Shown here piece after piece: positions 42,048 through 52,881 of a DNA stretch of 64,000 bases. The DNA is from Alphaproteobacteria bacterium. Its GTDB lineage: Bacteria; Pseudomonadota; Alphaproteobacteria; UBA828. Location: positions 3,264,001 through 3,328,000 of the forward strand of contig OZ243972.1 of the NCBI GenBank assembly GCA_965214705.1, read 5' to 3'. How positions within the stretch are numbered: the stretch's first letter is position 1; each line of letters starts with the position of its first letter. The notes below the pieces were generated by a model. It was not told where the DNA came from and did not search any database. It saw only the letters and a program-made list of their open reading frames with translations. The position numbers were made by a program, and so were the translations under genes.

Positions 42048-42659
42048 ATGTCCGGCTTGACGACGGTGCGCGAGACCCACGAGGTGGCGGCGCGCACGGG
42101 CAAATCGTTCGAGGTGGCAACCGGAGACCTCATCCGGATCACGGATCTGGAAGGCTCGCAGCCGGTGGATTTCTGGGCCTTCAGCAAGGAGGACCATCTG
42201 GAGTTTCTCTCCTGCGAGCACACCAAGCCCTCGATCGAGAAGCTGTTCCCCCACGTCGGGGACTCGGCCTACACCAATCATCGGCGAAGGATCGTTACCG
42301 TGGTGGGCGACACCTCGCCCGGCCAGCACGACATGCAGTACGCCGCGTGCGATCCCACGCGTTACGCGGAGCTCGGCGTCGAGGGTTATCACGAGAGCTG
42401 CCAGGAGAACCTTCACCTGGCGCTCGACGGCTACGGCATCGTGCTCGACTTCACGCCGCAGCCCTGGAACCTGTTCACCAACTTCTTCATCAACCCGGAC
42501 GGCACCTTCACCATCAAGGCGCCGGAGTCGAAGCCGGGGGATCACATCGTGTTGCGGGCCGAGATGGACGCCACCATCGTCGTCTCGGCCTGCCCCCAGG
42601 ATCAGAACCCGACCTGCGGCGGTCTGCCCACCGACATCCGCGTCGAGGTCGGCCGCTGA
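42048..42659 (+). CDS. DUF1989 / urea carboxylase-associated family protein
   Basis: DLEGSQPVDFWAF, HDM...ACD, HESCQENL, NLFTN and SACPQD motifs. Confidence 0.9.
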   Translation: MSGLTTVRETHEVAARTGKSFEVATGDLIRITDLEGSQPVDFWAFSKEDHLEFLSCEHTKPSIEKLFPHVGDSAYTNHRRRIVTVVGDTSPGQHDMQYAACDPTRYAELGVEGYHESCQENLHLALDGYGIVLDFTPQPWNLFTNFFINPDGTFTIKAPESKPGDHIVLRAEMDATIVVSACPQDQNPTCGGLPTDIRVEVGR

Positions 42660-42690
42660 GCCGGCGCCCGAGTCGCCCGCACCTTTTCCC

Positions 42691-42985
42691 CGGCGCGGTG
42701 GGACAAAACCAACTTTAATTTTGCGGGACGCACCGGGATTAGGCGGGATAGGTGGGAGATGTCGCGTACGTCCGGAGGGACGTGCGCGCGGTAGATAGAG
42801 TCGCGGGCGTGGTAACAACGTCCCGCACGCGAAACCAAGAGGCGCGCACACCCATCCGTTTTGCTCGCCGAGACCCGTTCGCTCTCGCACTGCGTCGCGC
42901 GGATACGCGCGCGGGAATGTGATTGACGCATGGCGCAATCCTCACGCAGTCACCGCGCCCTGTGCACCGCACTATAGTCTGGGGT
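42691..42985 (-). repeat. Copy B of the dispersed ~300-bp structured element
   Basis: Core matches copy A as described above; gggat-N5-gggat-N4-gggag repeats at 42735-42758 are shared with copy C. Confidence 0.85.
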
Positions 42986-43132
42986 GTCGCCCGCGCCTGA
43001 AGGGTCGCAGGCGCGTCAGACAGGATCGTGCGCGCGGCATATTGGGGCACGCGCGGGGCGGGGCTACGGCCGACAAGCCCCCTGACGTAGACAAGGAACG
43101 GCGGAACCCGGTCGAGGGGCAAGGAGGGCACG

Positions 43133-43561
43133 ATGCCGAGCGCAAACCGAGCGTCCGACGGATCGAGGGTCGTCCGCACCATGACCCGCGACGACCTGGA
43201 CTCCGCCTGCCGCATCCTGGTGGACCAAGGGCTCTGCGCCGCCGAAGGGCTGCCGCGGCGGCTCGCGGCGACGGTGGAGACGGCCAATGCCGATTACCTC
43301 GTCGCCGAGGAGGACGGCGCCATCGTCGGCGTCACGCTCTCGGTCTTCGACGGGTTCACCAGCTTCGTCGGCTACATGGCCGTCGCACCCGGCGCCGAGC
43401 GGCGGCACATCGGGCGCCGGATGATCGACGAGCTGGTGCGGCGCACGCGGGCACGCGGCGGCCAGAACATCGTCGTGGCAACCTGGCTCAGCGCCGCCGG
43501 ATTCTACGAGCGCATGGAGTTCCGCACGCCCGGCGCCGTCTTCCTGGTCCGGGATGTGTAG
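43133..43561 (+). CDS. GNAT-family N-acetyltransferase
   Basis: AAGGAGG SD; MAVAPGAERRHIGRRMI acetyl-CoA motif A; AGFYERMEF. Confidence 0.88.
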   Translation: MPSANRASDGSRVVRTMTRDDLDSACRILVDQGLCAAEGLPRRLAATVETANADYLVAEEDGAIVGVTLSVFDGFTSFVGYMAVAPGAERRHIGRRMIDELVRRTRARGGQNIVVATWLSAAGFYERMEFRTPGAVFLVRDV

Positions 43562-43584
43562 TGAACCGTATCCGAAGGTCGTAA

Positions 43585-45744
43585 CCCAAGTTGGCACTTT
43601 TCCGCTGCCTGTGTTCCCTATTGGTTTGATTCAACGCGATATTTTTCTCGGTCGATTCCAACATGGCCCCACATTTTGTGAGATTCTGTCAGCTCATCAG
43701 ACGGGTCCTCGTGCGGTGGATGGCGGGGTCCACGCCCGCCGCCGAGGAGATTGCGGCAACCTCGGCGGCCGGGCGCGTGTCCTGGCGGTTGACGATCAAG
43801 GTGCCGTCGGTCTGGCGCAGGCGCGTGGTGATCCGCACCCAGGTCCGCATGCTCTCGCGGATCGACGCCCAGCACTTGTGGATGCCGCGCGCGGCCAGCC
43901 GGGTACGGATCAGATGCACGGCGTGGTAGGCCAGCACGGCGATCAGCAGGTGGGCCGCGATGCGCCGGTCGAGCTGGTGCCAGATCGGGCGAAGGCCGAG
44001 CTCGGATTTCAGGCTCCGGAATGTCGCCTCGATATCCGTGATCCGCCAGTACGTCCGCAGGACCGTCTCGATGTCCCAGTCGACGTGGCTGGTGCGCAGC
44101 ACATAGGCACCGGCGCCCTCATCGGCCTCGTCGTATCGCGGCCTGCGCTTGAAGCGCACGGCGGTGGCATTGGGGCCGGTTTTCGCCCTCTCGACCGTGA
44201 TCTCGTAGTGCCTGGCGACGGCGGAGAAGCGCTGCTTGAGGCGGCCTATGCTCTCCAGCACCTTGTCGTAGCGCTTGAGGCGGCCCTTGACCGCAAGGCC
44301 GCCGTGGAGCCTTTCCAGCGCCGCCTCGAAGCGGTTCCGCCTCAGGCCGATGATCGCGTTCTCGGCCTTCTTCTTGCCCTCGCTGACGACGTAGAGCCGC
44401 GCCTCGCCGTCCTCGCTGGCAAGCCGCCAGGCCCGCACCTCGTGGCGCGCGCTGGTGATCAGCAGGGCCTCGGGTCCGCCCTCGGGCGGCGCAGGCCTGG
44501 CACCGCGGCTGACCGCGATCCAGTCGTAGCCCTGCTCGCCCAGCCACGCGATGTTTTTCTCGGTGGCGATGCCCGCGTCCATGACCACCGTGGGCTTCGG
44601 CGCCGTGCCGCCGCACACCGCCTCGAGCCGCGCCAGCGCCTCGTGCAGCGTGCCCGGCTCGCTCACGTTGCCCGGCAGGATCTCGCAACTGCGCGGGAAG
44701 CCCGCGCCGTCGAGCGCCAGCGCCAGCGTGATGAGGGGACAGTCGTCGCGCTTCTGCTTGGAGCGCCCGAACCTGGGAAGCTCGCCGCCCGTGTGGCCGT
44801 GGTAGTGGACGTTGGTGAGATCGTAGAAGGCGATCGTCTCGGGCAGGTCGAGCAGTGCGCGCTCACGGTTGAACAGCTCCCGCTGGATGGCGGCGCGGTG
44901 GCGCCAGAGCAGGTCGCCGATGCGGTAGAGCGTCTTGCGCCGCAGCGCCTTGCGGTCGCCCTCCAGGCCCAGGAGCTCGGCGGCCGCGCTGTCGTGGCGG
45001 AGCCAGCGGCTGGTATCACGCTCGCTGGCGGGATGGACCATCCTGGCGACGATCAGCGCGCTGGCGATGCGCCCGTCGCGGCCCTTGATGTCGAGGCCGT
45101 GGAGGATTTCGGCGAAGCCGAGGGCGTCGAGGGCCTTGAGGCACAGGCGCTCGCAGCCGACCGTGCGCGGGTTCTCGTGCTCCAGGGTATCGAGGTCGAC
45201 GGTGGCGATGTCGGGCTTGCGCGCCTCTTCCTGCATCGCCTCGACGCGGAACCCCCTGGCCCTGAGCTTGGCGACGATGTCCTCGGCTGCGGCCCGCACA
45301 TCCGCCTCGCCCTCGAACAGCGGCGGCTTGCCGTGAAGCAGCGCCTCGGCGAGTTCGGTGACGGCCTTCCACTTCTCGCGCGGCACCGGATAGTCGGTGC
45401 CGAGATTGAGCAGCGTCCTGTGGCGCACCTTGTCGCCGACGCGCTGGGCGAGCACGAGGCGATGGCTTCGGACCGGCTGGCCGGCCTTGTCGGTGTGTGT
45501 CCTGGTTGCCTTGATGTACATGGCGGCGCCGTTTCTGCGATGCCTGTTTCGCATACACGGCGTTCGCGGCATCTGGCAAGAGGGATATCGACTCAACTCC
45601 AAAGTCCTGGCCCCACAATTGGCTTCCAGGACCACGAATGGCAAATGTGGGTCTCAGGTGTCCTCCAACCCCAACATCTAGTGGTTCAGCGCCGCAAAAC
45701 TGGCTCGAACAGGCTCGGCTGGTCGGAAAAAGTGCCAACTTGGG
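43585..45744 (-). mobile_element. IS1634-family insertion sequence (copy 1)
   Basis: Terminal IRs CCCAAGTTGGCACTTTT (43585-43601) and AAAAGTGCCAACTTGGG (45728-45744); GTAA duplicated at 43581-43584 and 45745-45748. Confidence 0.9.
43689..45521 (-). CDS. IS1634-family DDE transposase
   Basis: FYDLTN, FGRSKQKRDD, VVMDAGI and IEATFRSLKSELGLRPIWH...I.AHLLIAVLAY motifs. Confidence 0.92.
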   Translation of the reverse strand: MYIKATRTHTDKAGQPVRSHRLVLAQRVGDKVRHRTLLNLGTDYPVPREKWKAVTELAEALLHGKPPLFEGEADVRAAAEDIVAKLRARGFRVEAMQEEARKPDIATVDLDTLEHENPRTVGCERLCLKALDALGFAEILHGLDIKGRDGRIASALIVARMVHPASERDTSRWLRHDSAAAELLGLEGDRKALRRKTLYRIGDLLWRHRAAIQRELFNRERALLDLPETIAFYDLTNVHYHGHTGGELPRFGRSKQKRDDCPLITLALALDGAGFPRSCEILPGNVSEPGTLHEALARLEAVCGGTAPKPTVVMDAGIATEKNIAWLGEQGYDWIAVSRGARPAPPEGGPEALLITSARHEVRAWRLASEDGEARLYVVSEGKKKAENAIIGLRRNRFEAALERLHGGLAVKGRLKRYDKVLESIGRLKQRFSAVARHYEITVERAKTGPNATAVRFKRRPRYDEADEGAGAYVLRTSHVDWDIETVLRTYWRITDIEATFRSLKSELGLRPIWHQLDRRIAAHLLIAVLAYHAVHLIRTRLAARGIHKCWASIRESMRTWVRITTRLRQTDGTLIVNRQDTRPAAEVAAISSAAGVDPAIHRTRTRLMS

Positions 45745-45801
45745 GTAAGGCGTTGATTCCCTGCGCGTATTGGTCAACCCCACACCCTCACGCCCCCACA
45801 C

Positions 45802-45895
45802 CGTCATGCCCGGACTTGATCCGGGCATCTCTCTCGCGCAACGCACTGTAAGGAAAAGAAAAACGTGGATGGCCGGGTCAAGCCCGGCCATGACG
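45802..45895. repeat. REP doublet (REPIN-like)
   Basis: Inverted arms cgtcatgcccggacttgatccgggcatc and gatggccgggtcaagcccggccatgacg. Confidence 0.85.
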
Positions 45896-45929
45896 AGGTG
45901 GGTGGGTTCGCGCCCTTCTCCCGCTTAAA

Positions 45930-48021
45930 CCGAACTTCCGTTAGCATCTGATTGCCGATCTGGCCGGATTTTGCCTGTTTCCGCCCTTTCTGCGCAGTTT
46001 AGCGCCCGGTTTGGCGCGAAATTCCCGAAATGATCGCCGAAACCGCCGCGATTCGGCGCTCCAGCGCTGGATCACGCCGTCCCGGCGCATCCACCAAAAC
46101 CTGAATACTAGTCAGTAGATAGTTTTCTCGTTACGATAATTGCTCCGCATTCCCAAGCCTTTCCGATATGATTGCCGCGATTCGCTAGGCAGATCGATAT
46201 GCACATCGAAACCACCCGGTCCGGAAACTCCCGCTGCCACCTCCTCAGACAGTCCTACTGGCAGGACGGAAAACCCAAGAAGCGCACCCTGTGCAACCTC
46301 TCCGCCCTCCCGGAACACGCCATCGAAGCCCTCAAACGCGCCCTCAAGCGCGGACCCGCCCTCAATCCCGACAGCGCCGACGTCGAACTGCGCGCCAGCC
46401 GGGCGCACGGCGCCGTCAGCGCCGTTCTCGGCACCCTTCGCGACATCGGCCTCGACCGCGTCATCTTCCACCGGCCCGATCGCCGCAGGGCCCTCGTCAT
46501 CGCCATGATCGTCGCCCGCCTGATCCGGCCCGGCGCCAAGCTGCGCGTCGAGCGCGAACTGGGAGCGGCCGGCACAACCACCCTCGCCGCCCTGCTCGGC
46601 GTCGAAGGCGTCAGCGTCGACGAACTCTACGCCGCCATGGACTGGCTGGGCGCGCGACAGGGCGCGATCGAGCGCAAGCTCGCCCGGCGCCATCTCGGAG
46701 AGGACGATCTCGTCCTCTACGACGTGTCCTCGAGCTACATGGAGGGCAACGCCTGCCCCATGGCGAAGCGCGGCTATTCGAGGGATCGCCGGGGCGACCG
46801 CCCGCAGATCGTCTACGGCCTCCTCTGCACCCGCGATGGCTGTCCGGTCTCGATCGAGGCCTTCGCCGGCAACACCGGCGACCCGATGACTCTGGCCAGC
46901 CAGGTGCGCAAGGTCCGCGACAGCTTCGGCATCCGGCGGGTGGTGTTGGTGGGGGACCGCGGCATGATCGCGCAGACCCGCATCGACCGCGACCTCGCGC
47001 CCAACGGCATCGACTGGATCACGGCGCTGCGCGCATCCTCGATCCGCAAGCTCGTCGACCGGGGGCATGTCACGCCCGGCCTGTTCGACACCTGGGGCCT
47101 CGCGCGGGTGACCACGCCGGACTATCCCGGCGAGAGGCTGATCGTCTGCTACAACCCGGTTCTGGCGGCCGAGCGCAAGCGCAACCGCGACGGGCTGCTC
47201 AATGCGACCGAGACGGACGCGCGCGATTTCGCCGCGCGCCACGCCGCCGGCGACATCGACCGCGACGAGTTGAACCGTCGGCTGGGAACCTTGCGCCGCC
47301 GCAAGATGGCCAAGCACTTCCGCTTCGAATTCGACGAGGGCAGCGGCACCTTCAGTTGCGAACGCGACCGGGCGTCGATCGACGCCGAGGCCGCCCTCGA
47401 CGGTCTCTACGTCATACGCACCAACGTGGACGAGGACGAGATCGAGGACGTCGAGGCGGTCCGCGTCTACAAGAGCCTGTCACGCGTCGAGCGCGCCTTC
47501 CGCTCGCTCAAGACGGTGTCGTTGCGGATCCGCCCGATCTTCCACTGGCGCGACGACCGAGTACGGGCGCATCTTCTGATCTGCATGCTGGCTTGGTATG
47601 TCGAGTGGCACATGCGCCGCAGGCTGGCGCCGCTGCTGTTCGCCGAGGAGGACGGAGCGCCGCTGTCCGCGAACCCGGTGGCGCCGCCGGAACGCTCGGA
47701 AAAGGCCCGGCGCAAGGACAAGCGCCGAAAGACGGATGATGGACTTGCGGTGTGCGACTTCCGCGATCTCCTCGGCCATCTCGGCACGCTTGCTGCCACT
47801 GAGATCGCCACCGGAACCGACTTCGCCGTGCCCGCCCTGACCAAGCCGACCGAACTGCAGGAAAGGGCGTTCGCATTGCTCGGGCTGCGGCCCCATCCTG
47901 CGCCCGCGCTCACCGAAAAGGGGATGACCACCGCCAAACCTGTCCAGTAATCGTCGCTTCGAAACTCGCCGAAACCCCTGCCGCACAACGGTTCTTTGAC
48001 TATCCCACACTGGAAGTTCGG
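45930..48021 (+). mobile_element. IS1634-family insertion sequence (copy 2, different subgroup)
   Basis: IRs CCGAACTTCC (45930-45939) and GGAAGTTCGG (48012-48021); 6-bp duplication CTTAAA at 45924-45929 and 48022-48027. Confidence 0.92.
46199..47950 (+). CDS. IS1634-family DDE transposase
   Basis: LYDVSSSYMEG, GYSRD, VLVGDRGM, LDGLYVIRT and YKSLSRVERAFRSLKT..LRIRPIFHW..RVRAH motifs. Confidence 0.93.
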   Translation: MHIETTRSGNSRCHLLRQSYWQDGKPKKRTLCNLSALPEHAIEALKRALKRGPALNPDSADVELRASRAHGAVSAVLGTLRDIGLDRVIFHRPDRRRALVIAMIVARLIRPGAKLRVERELGAAGTTTLAALLGVEGVSVDELYAAMDWLGARQGAIERKLARRHLGEDDLVLYDVSSSYMEGNACPMAKRGYSRDRRGDRPQIVYGLLCTRDGCPVSIEAFAGNTGDPMTLASQVRKVRDSFGIRRVVLVGDRGMIAQTRIDRDLAPNGIDWITALRASSIRKLVDRGHVTPGLFDTWGLARVTTPDYPGERLIVCYNPVLAAERKRNRDGLLNATETDARDFAARHAAGDIDRDELNRRLGTLRRRKMAKHFRFEFDEGSGTFSCERDRASIDAEAALDGLYVIRTNVDEDEIEDVEAVRVYKSLSRVERAFRSLKTVSLRIRPIFHWRDDRVRAHLLICMLAWYVEWHMRRRLAPLLFAEEDGAPLSANPVAPPERSEKARRKDKRRKTDDGLAVCDFRDLLGHLGTLAATEIATGTDFAVPALTKPTELQERAFALLGLRPHPAPALTEKGMTTAKPVQ

Positions 48022-48022
48022 C

Positions 48023-48340
48023 TTAAAAGTCGGGATCGATGCTATACTTGATGGATAGCGACTGGGGCGTGTCTATATCGGTGGCCAACGCTGTCAGCGC
48101 GTGACCCTGGATAAAGCCCTGCGCGACGCCCAGGAATCGTGGTTCGGCACCACTATCCTCGTATAAGCGGATGTGAGCCATGCCCGAATCGCAAGTTGTG
48201 CTGGCTTCGATGGATAGCATTCCCATCGCGTTCTGCCACCGCCAGTCCTCGATCTCGCAGGTCCCGACGTGATCGTCGCAGGCAAGAGCCGAGCCCATGC
48301 ACAGCGGGATGACAGCAAGCGACGACAGAGCGAACCGCAT
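48023..48340 (-). CDS. Small secreted hypothetical protein (105 aa)
   Basis: GGAGAGAGG SD; signal peptide ending ALA; beta-rich mature part with three Cys; visibly lower GC. Confidence 0.75.
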   Translation of the reverse strand: MRFALSSLAVIPLCMGSALACDDHVGTCEIEDWRWQNAMGMLSIEASTTCDSGMAHIRLYEDSGAEPRFLGVAQGFIQGHALTALATDIDTPQSLSIKYSIDPDF

Positions 48341-48355
48341 TCCTCTCTCCTCCAA

Positions 48356-49516
48356 TCAGTTGTCATCGGACCCAGCGCCGAACTCCCCCCGTATTGCCTC
48401 GCTCTGCTCACCGAGCGCGGGGACGGGGCGGAAGGGGCGGTCGGCGTCTGCGCCGTCGACGTGGCGGGCGGGGGGTGCGACGATCTCGACCGTGCCGGCG
48501 GCGGTCTCCACCGGCGCGCGGCGGAGCTGCGGGTGCGCGGACAAGCCCGCGACGTCGTTGAGCCGGCCAAAGGCGATTCCGGCCTCGCGCAGCGCGTCCG
48601 CCAGCGACTCCATGTCGTGGCGGCTGAAGACTTTGACGATCAGCGCGTCCATCTCGGCCCGGTTCGCGAGCCGGGCCGGGTGGCCGGCGAAGCGCGCATC
48701 GGTCGCGAGAGCCGCATCGCCCAGGATGCCCTCGCAGAAGCGTGCCCACTCGCGCTCGTTCTGGATCGCGATCACCATCTGCCCGCCGCAGCCCACCGGG
48801 TAGGCGCCGTAGGGCGCGATCATGGCGTGGCTGAGGCCCGTGCGCGCCGGCGCCTTGCCGCCGTGCTCCAGGTGCAGGAGCGGCACGGTCATCCAGTCCG
48901 CCATGCCGTCGAAGAGCGAGACCCTGATGCCGGTGCCCCGGCCGGTGCGCGCGCGCCCGATCACCGCCTCCAGGATCGCGCCGTAGGCGTTGAGCCCCGC
49001 CCCGATATCGCAGACCGAGACCCCGACCCGGCTCGCGGACTCAGGCGTGCCGGTGACAGAGGCGATCCCCGATTCGCACTGGATCAGGAAGTCGTAGGCC
49101 TTCATCGCGGCGTAGGGGCCACTCTCGCCATAGCCGCTGATGTCGCAGGTGATGAGGCGGGGATGCCGGCGCCTGAGCTCGTCGGAGTCGAAGCCCGCCC
49201 GCGCCGCCGCGCCCGGCGCGAGGTTCTGCACGAACACGTCGGCGCGGGCGACGATGCGGTGCAGCAGGGCGTTGTCGCCCGCATCCTTGATGTCGAGGAC
49301 GACGGATTCCTTGCCCCGGTTGAGCCAGACGAACCAGGCGCACTCGCCGCCCACGTGGCGGTCGTAGAAGCGGGCGAAGTCGCCCTCCGCCCGCTCCACC
49401 TTGATGACGCGCGCGCCCGCGTCCGCCAGCCGGCTGGTGGCGAAGGGGGCGGCGACGGCCTGCTCGACCGAGACCACCAGGAGGCCGGCGAGCGGGCCGG
49501 TGCCTGCTTCGCTCAC
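48356..49516 (-). CDS. CaiB/BaiF family III CoA-transferase
   Basis: EQAVAAPFA, LADAGARVIKVE, LNRGKES, NLAPGA, ISGYG and AYD motifs. Confidence 0.93.
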   Translation of the reverse strand: MSEAGTGPLAGLLVVSVEQAVAAPFATSRLADAGARVIKVERAEGDFARFYDRHVGGECAWFVWLNRGKESVVLDIKDAGDNALLHRIVARADVFVQNLAPGAAARAGFDSDELRRRHPRLITCDISGYGESGPYAAMKAYDFLIQCESGIASVTGTPESASRVGVSVCDIGAGLNAYGAILEAVIGRARTGRGTGIRVSLFDGMADWMTVPLLHLEHGGKAPARTGLSHAMIAPYGAYPVGCGGQMVIAIQNEREWARFCEGILGDAALATDARFAGHPARLANRAEMDALIVKVFSRHDMESLADALREAGIAFGRLNDVAGLSAHPQLRRAPVETAAGTVEIVAPPARHVDGADADRPFRPVPALGEQSEAIRGEFGAGSDDN

Positions 49517-49538
49517 GACCCGCTCTTTATCCCTACTC

Positions 49539-49642
49539 CGTCATGCCAGGCCCCCGGATCAAGTCCGGGGGTGTTCCGCGCATCCATATCGACCCGGTGC
49601 GGCGGCACGACGTGGATGGCCGCATCAAGTGCGGCCATGACG
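49539..49642. repeat. REP doublet with a nested REP hairpin
   Basis: cgtcatgcc[aggc-ccccggatcaagtccggggg-tgtt]ccgcgcatcca ... tggatggccgcatcaagtgcggccatgacg. Confidence 0.75.
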
Positions 49643-49689
49643 AGGTGGGGTTAACGCGTGAGGGCATGCGAACGGCTGTCGGGGGGCGG

Positions 49690-49866
49690 TAGAGCGTGTC
49701 CGTCTTTGACGGACACGCGACAGGCCGCGACTGCGGCCCGCCGCTTATGCGGCGCCATCGCGCGCCCGCGCGCGTGGACGCGCGACGCGGAGGCGCCGGC
49801 CGTAAGGCCGGCTGCCGTGAGCGATAAAGAAGCCGGAGCGTTTCCGTGCAAAACGGAAACGCTCTA
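49690..49866 (+). mobile_element. MITE-like palindromic element, TAGAGC family (complete copy, about 177 bp)
   Basis: Terminal IR tagagcgtgtccgt / acggaaacgctcta (13 of 14 match); the right end supplies the TAG stop of the acyl-CoA dehydrogenase gene. Confidence 0.88.
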
Positions 49867-51041
49867 ATAAGAGCGCGGCATGCCGAGCACATGCTGGCCG
49901 AGGTAGGCGAGGACGAGGTTGGTCGAGATCGGCGCCACGCGGTAGAGCCGGGCCTCGCGGAACTTGCGCTCCACGTCGTACTCCTCGGCGAAGCCGAAGC
50001 CGCCGTGGGTCTGGAGGCAGGTGTCGGCGGCCTTCCAGGAGGCTTCCGCCGCGAGCAGCTTCGCCATGTTGGCCTCGGGCCCGCACGGGCGGCCCGCGTC
50101 GAAGAGCGCGGCGGCCTTCTGCACCATCAGCCGCGCGGCCTCCATCTGCGCGTAGGCCTCGGCGATGGGGAACTGCACGCCCTGGTTGGCGCCGATGGGG
50201 CGGCCGAACACCTGGCGCTCGGTGGCATAGGCGCTGGCCTTCTCGATGAACCAGCGGCAATCGCCGATGCACTCGGCGGCGATCAGGATGCGCTCGGCGT
50301 TCATGCCGTCCAGGATGTAGCGAAAGCCCCGGCCCTCCTCGCCGATCAGGCTGGAGCCAGGGATCACCAGGTCGTCGAAGAAGAGCTCGGTGGTGGCGTG
50401 GTTGATCATGGTGCGGATCGGCCGGATTTCGAGGCCCTGGCCCACCGCGTGCTCCAGCTCCACCAGGAAGACCGACAGGCCCTCGGTGCGCTTCTTGGTC
50501 TGCGCCGCCGGCGTGGTGCGGGCGAGCAGGAGCAGCAGGTCCGAGTGCTCGGCCCGCGAGATCCAGACCTTCTGGCCGTTCACGGTGTAATCGCCGTCCG
50601 CGCGCCGCTCGGCGGTGGTGCGAAGCTGGGTCGTGTCCGAGCCGGTGGTGGGCTCGGTGACGCCGAAGGCCTGCAACCGGCGCGCGCCGCTCGCGATCTG
50701 TGGCAGGTAGGTCTCCTTCTGCGCATCCGAGCCGTGCCGCAGCACCGTGCCCATGGTGTACATCTGGGCGTGGCAGGCGCCGCCGTTGCAGCCGGACGCG
50801 TGGATTTCCTCCAGGATCGCAGCGCCGGCGCCGATGCCGAGCCCGCTGCCGCCGTAGCGCTCGGGGATCAGCGCGGCGAGGAAGCCCCCATCCGTCAGCG
50901 CCTGCACGAACTCCTCCGGGTAGGCCCGTTCGCGGTCCTTCTCCCGCCAGTACTCGCCGGGGTAGCGCGCGCAGAGCGCGCTGACCGGCTCGCGCAGCTC
51001 ACGGTGGTCGTCGTCGAGGTCGATGAAGGCGCGCTGCTCGC

Positions 51042-51045
<4 letters not shown>
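49864..51045 (-). CDS. Acyl-CoA dehydrogenase
   Basis: LIPERYGGSG, VTEPTTGSD, VNGQKVWIS, RQVFGRPIG.NQ and QTHGGFGF..EY.VER motifs. Confidence 0.94.
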
Positions 51046-52865
<1,820 letters not shown>

Positions 52866-52881
52866 GGTGCCGGCGCTCCCT

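Noticed and set aside
43585-48021. Composite transposon formed by the two IS1634 elements
   Set aside because: They have different IRs and transposases and separate target duplications, and there is no cargo gene between them.
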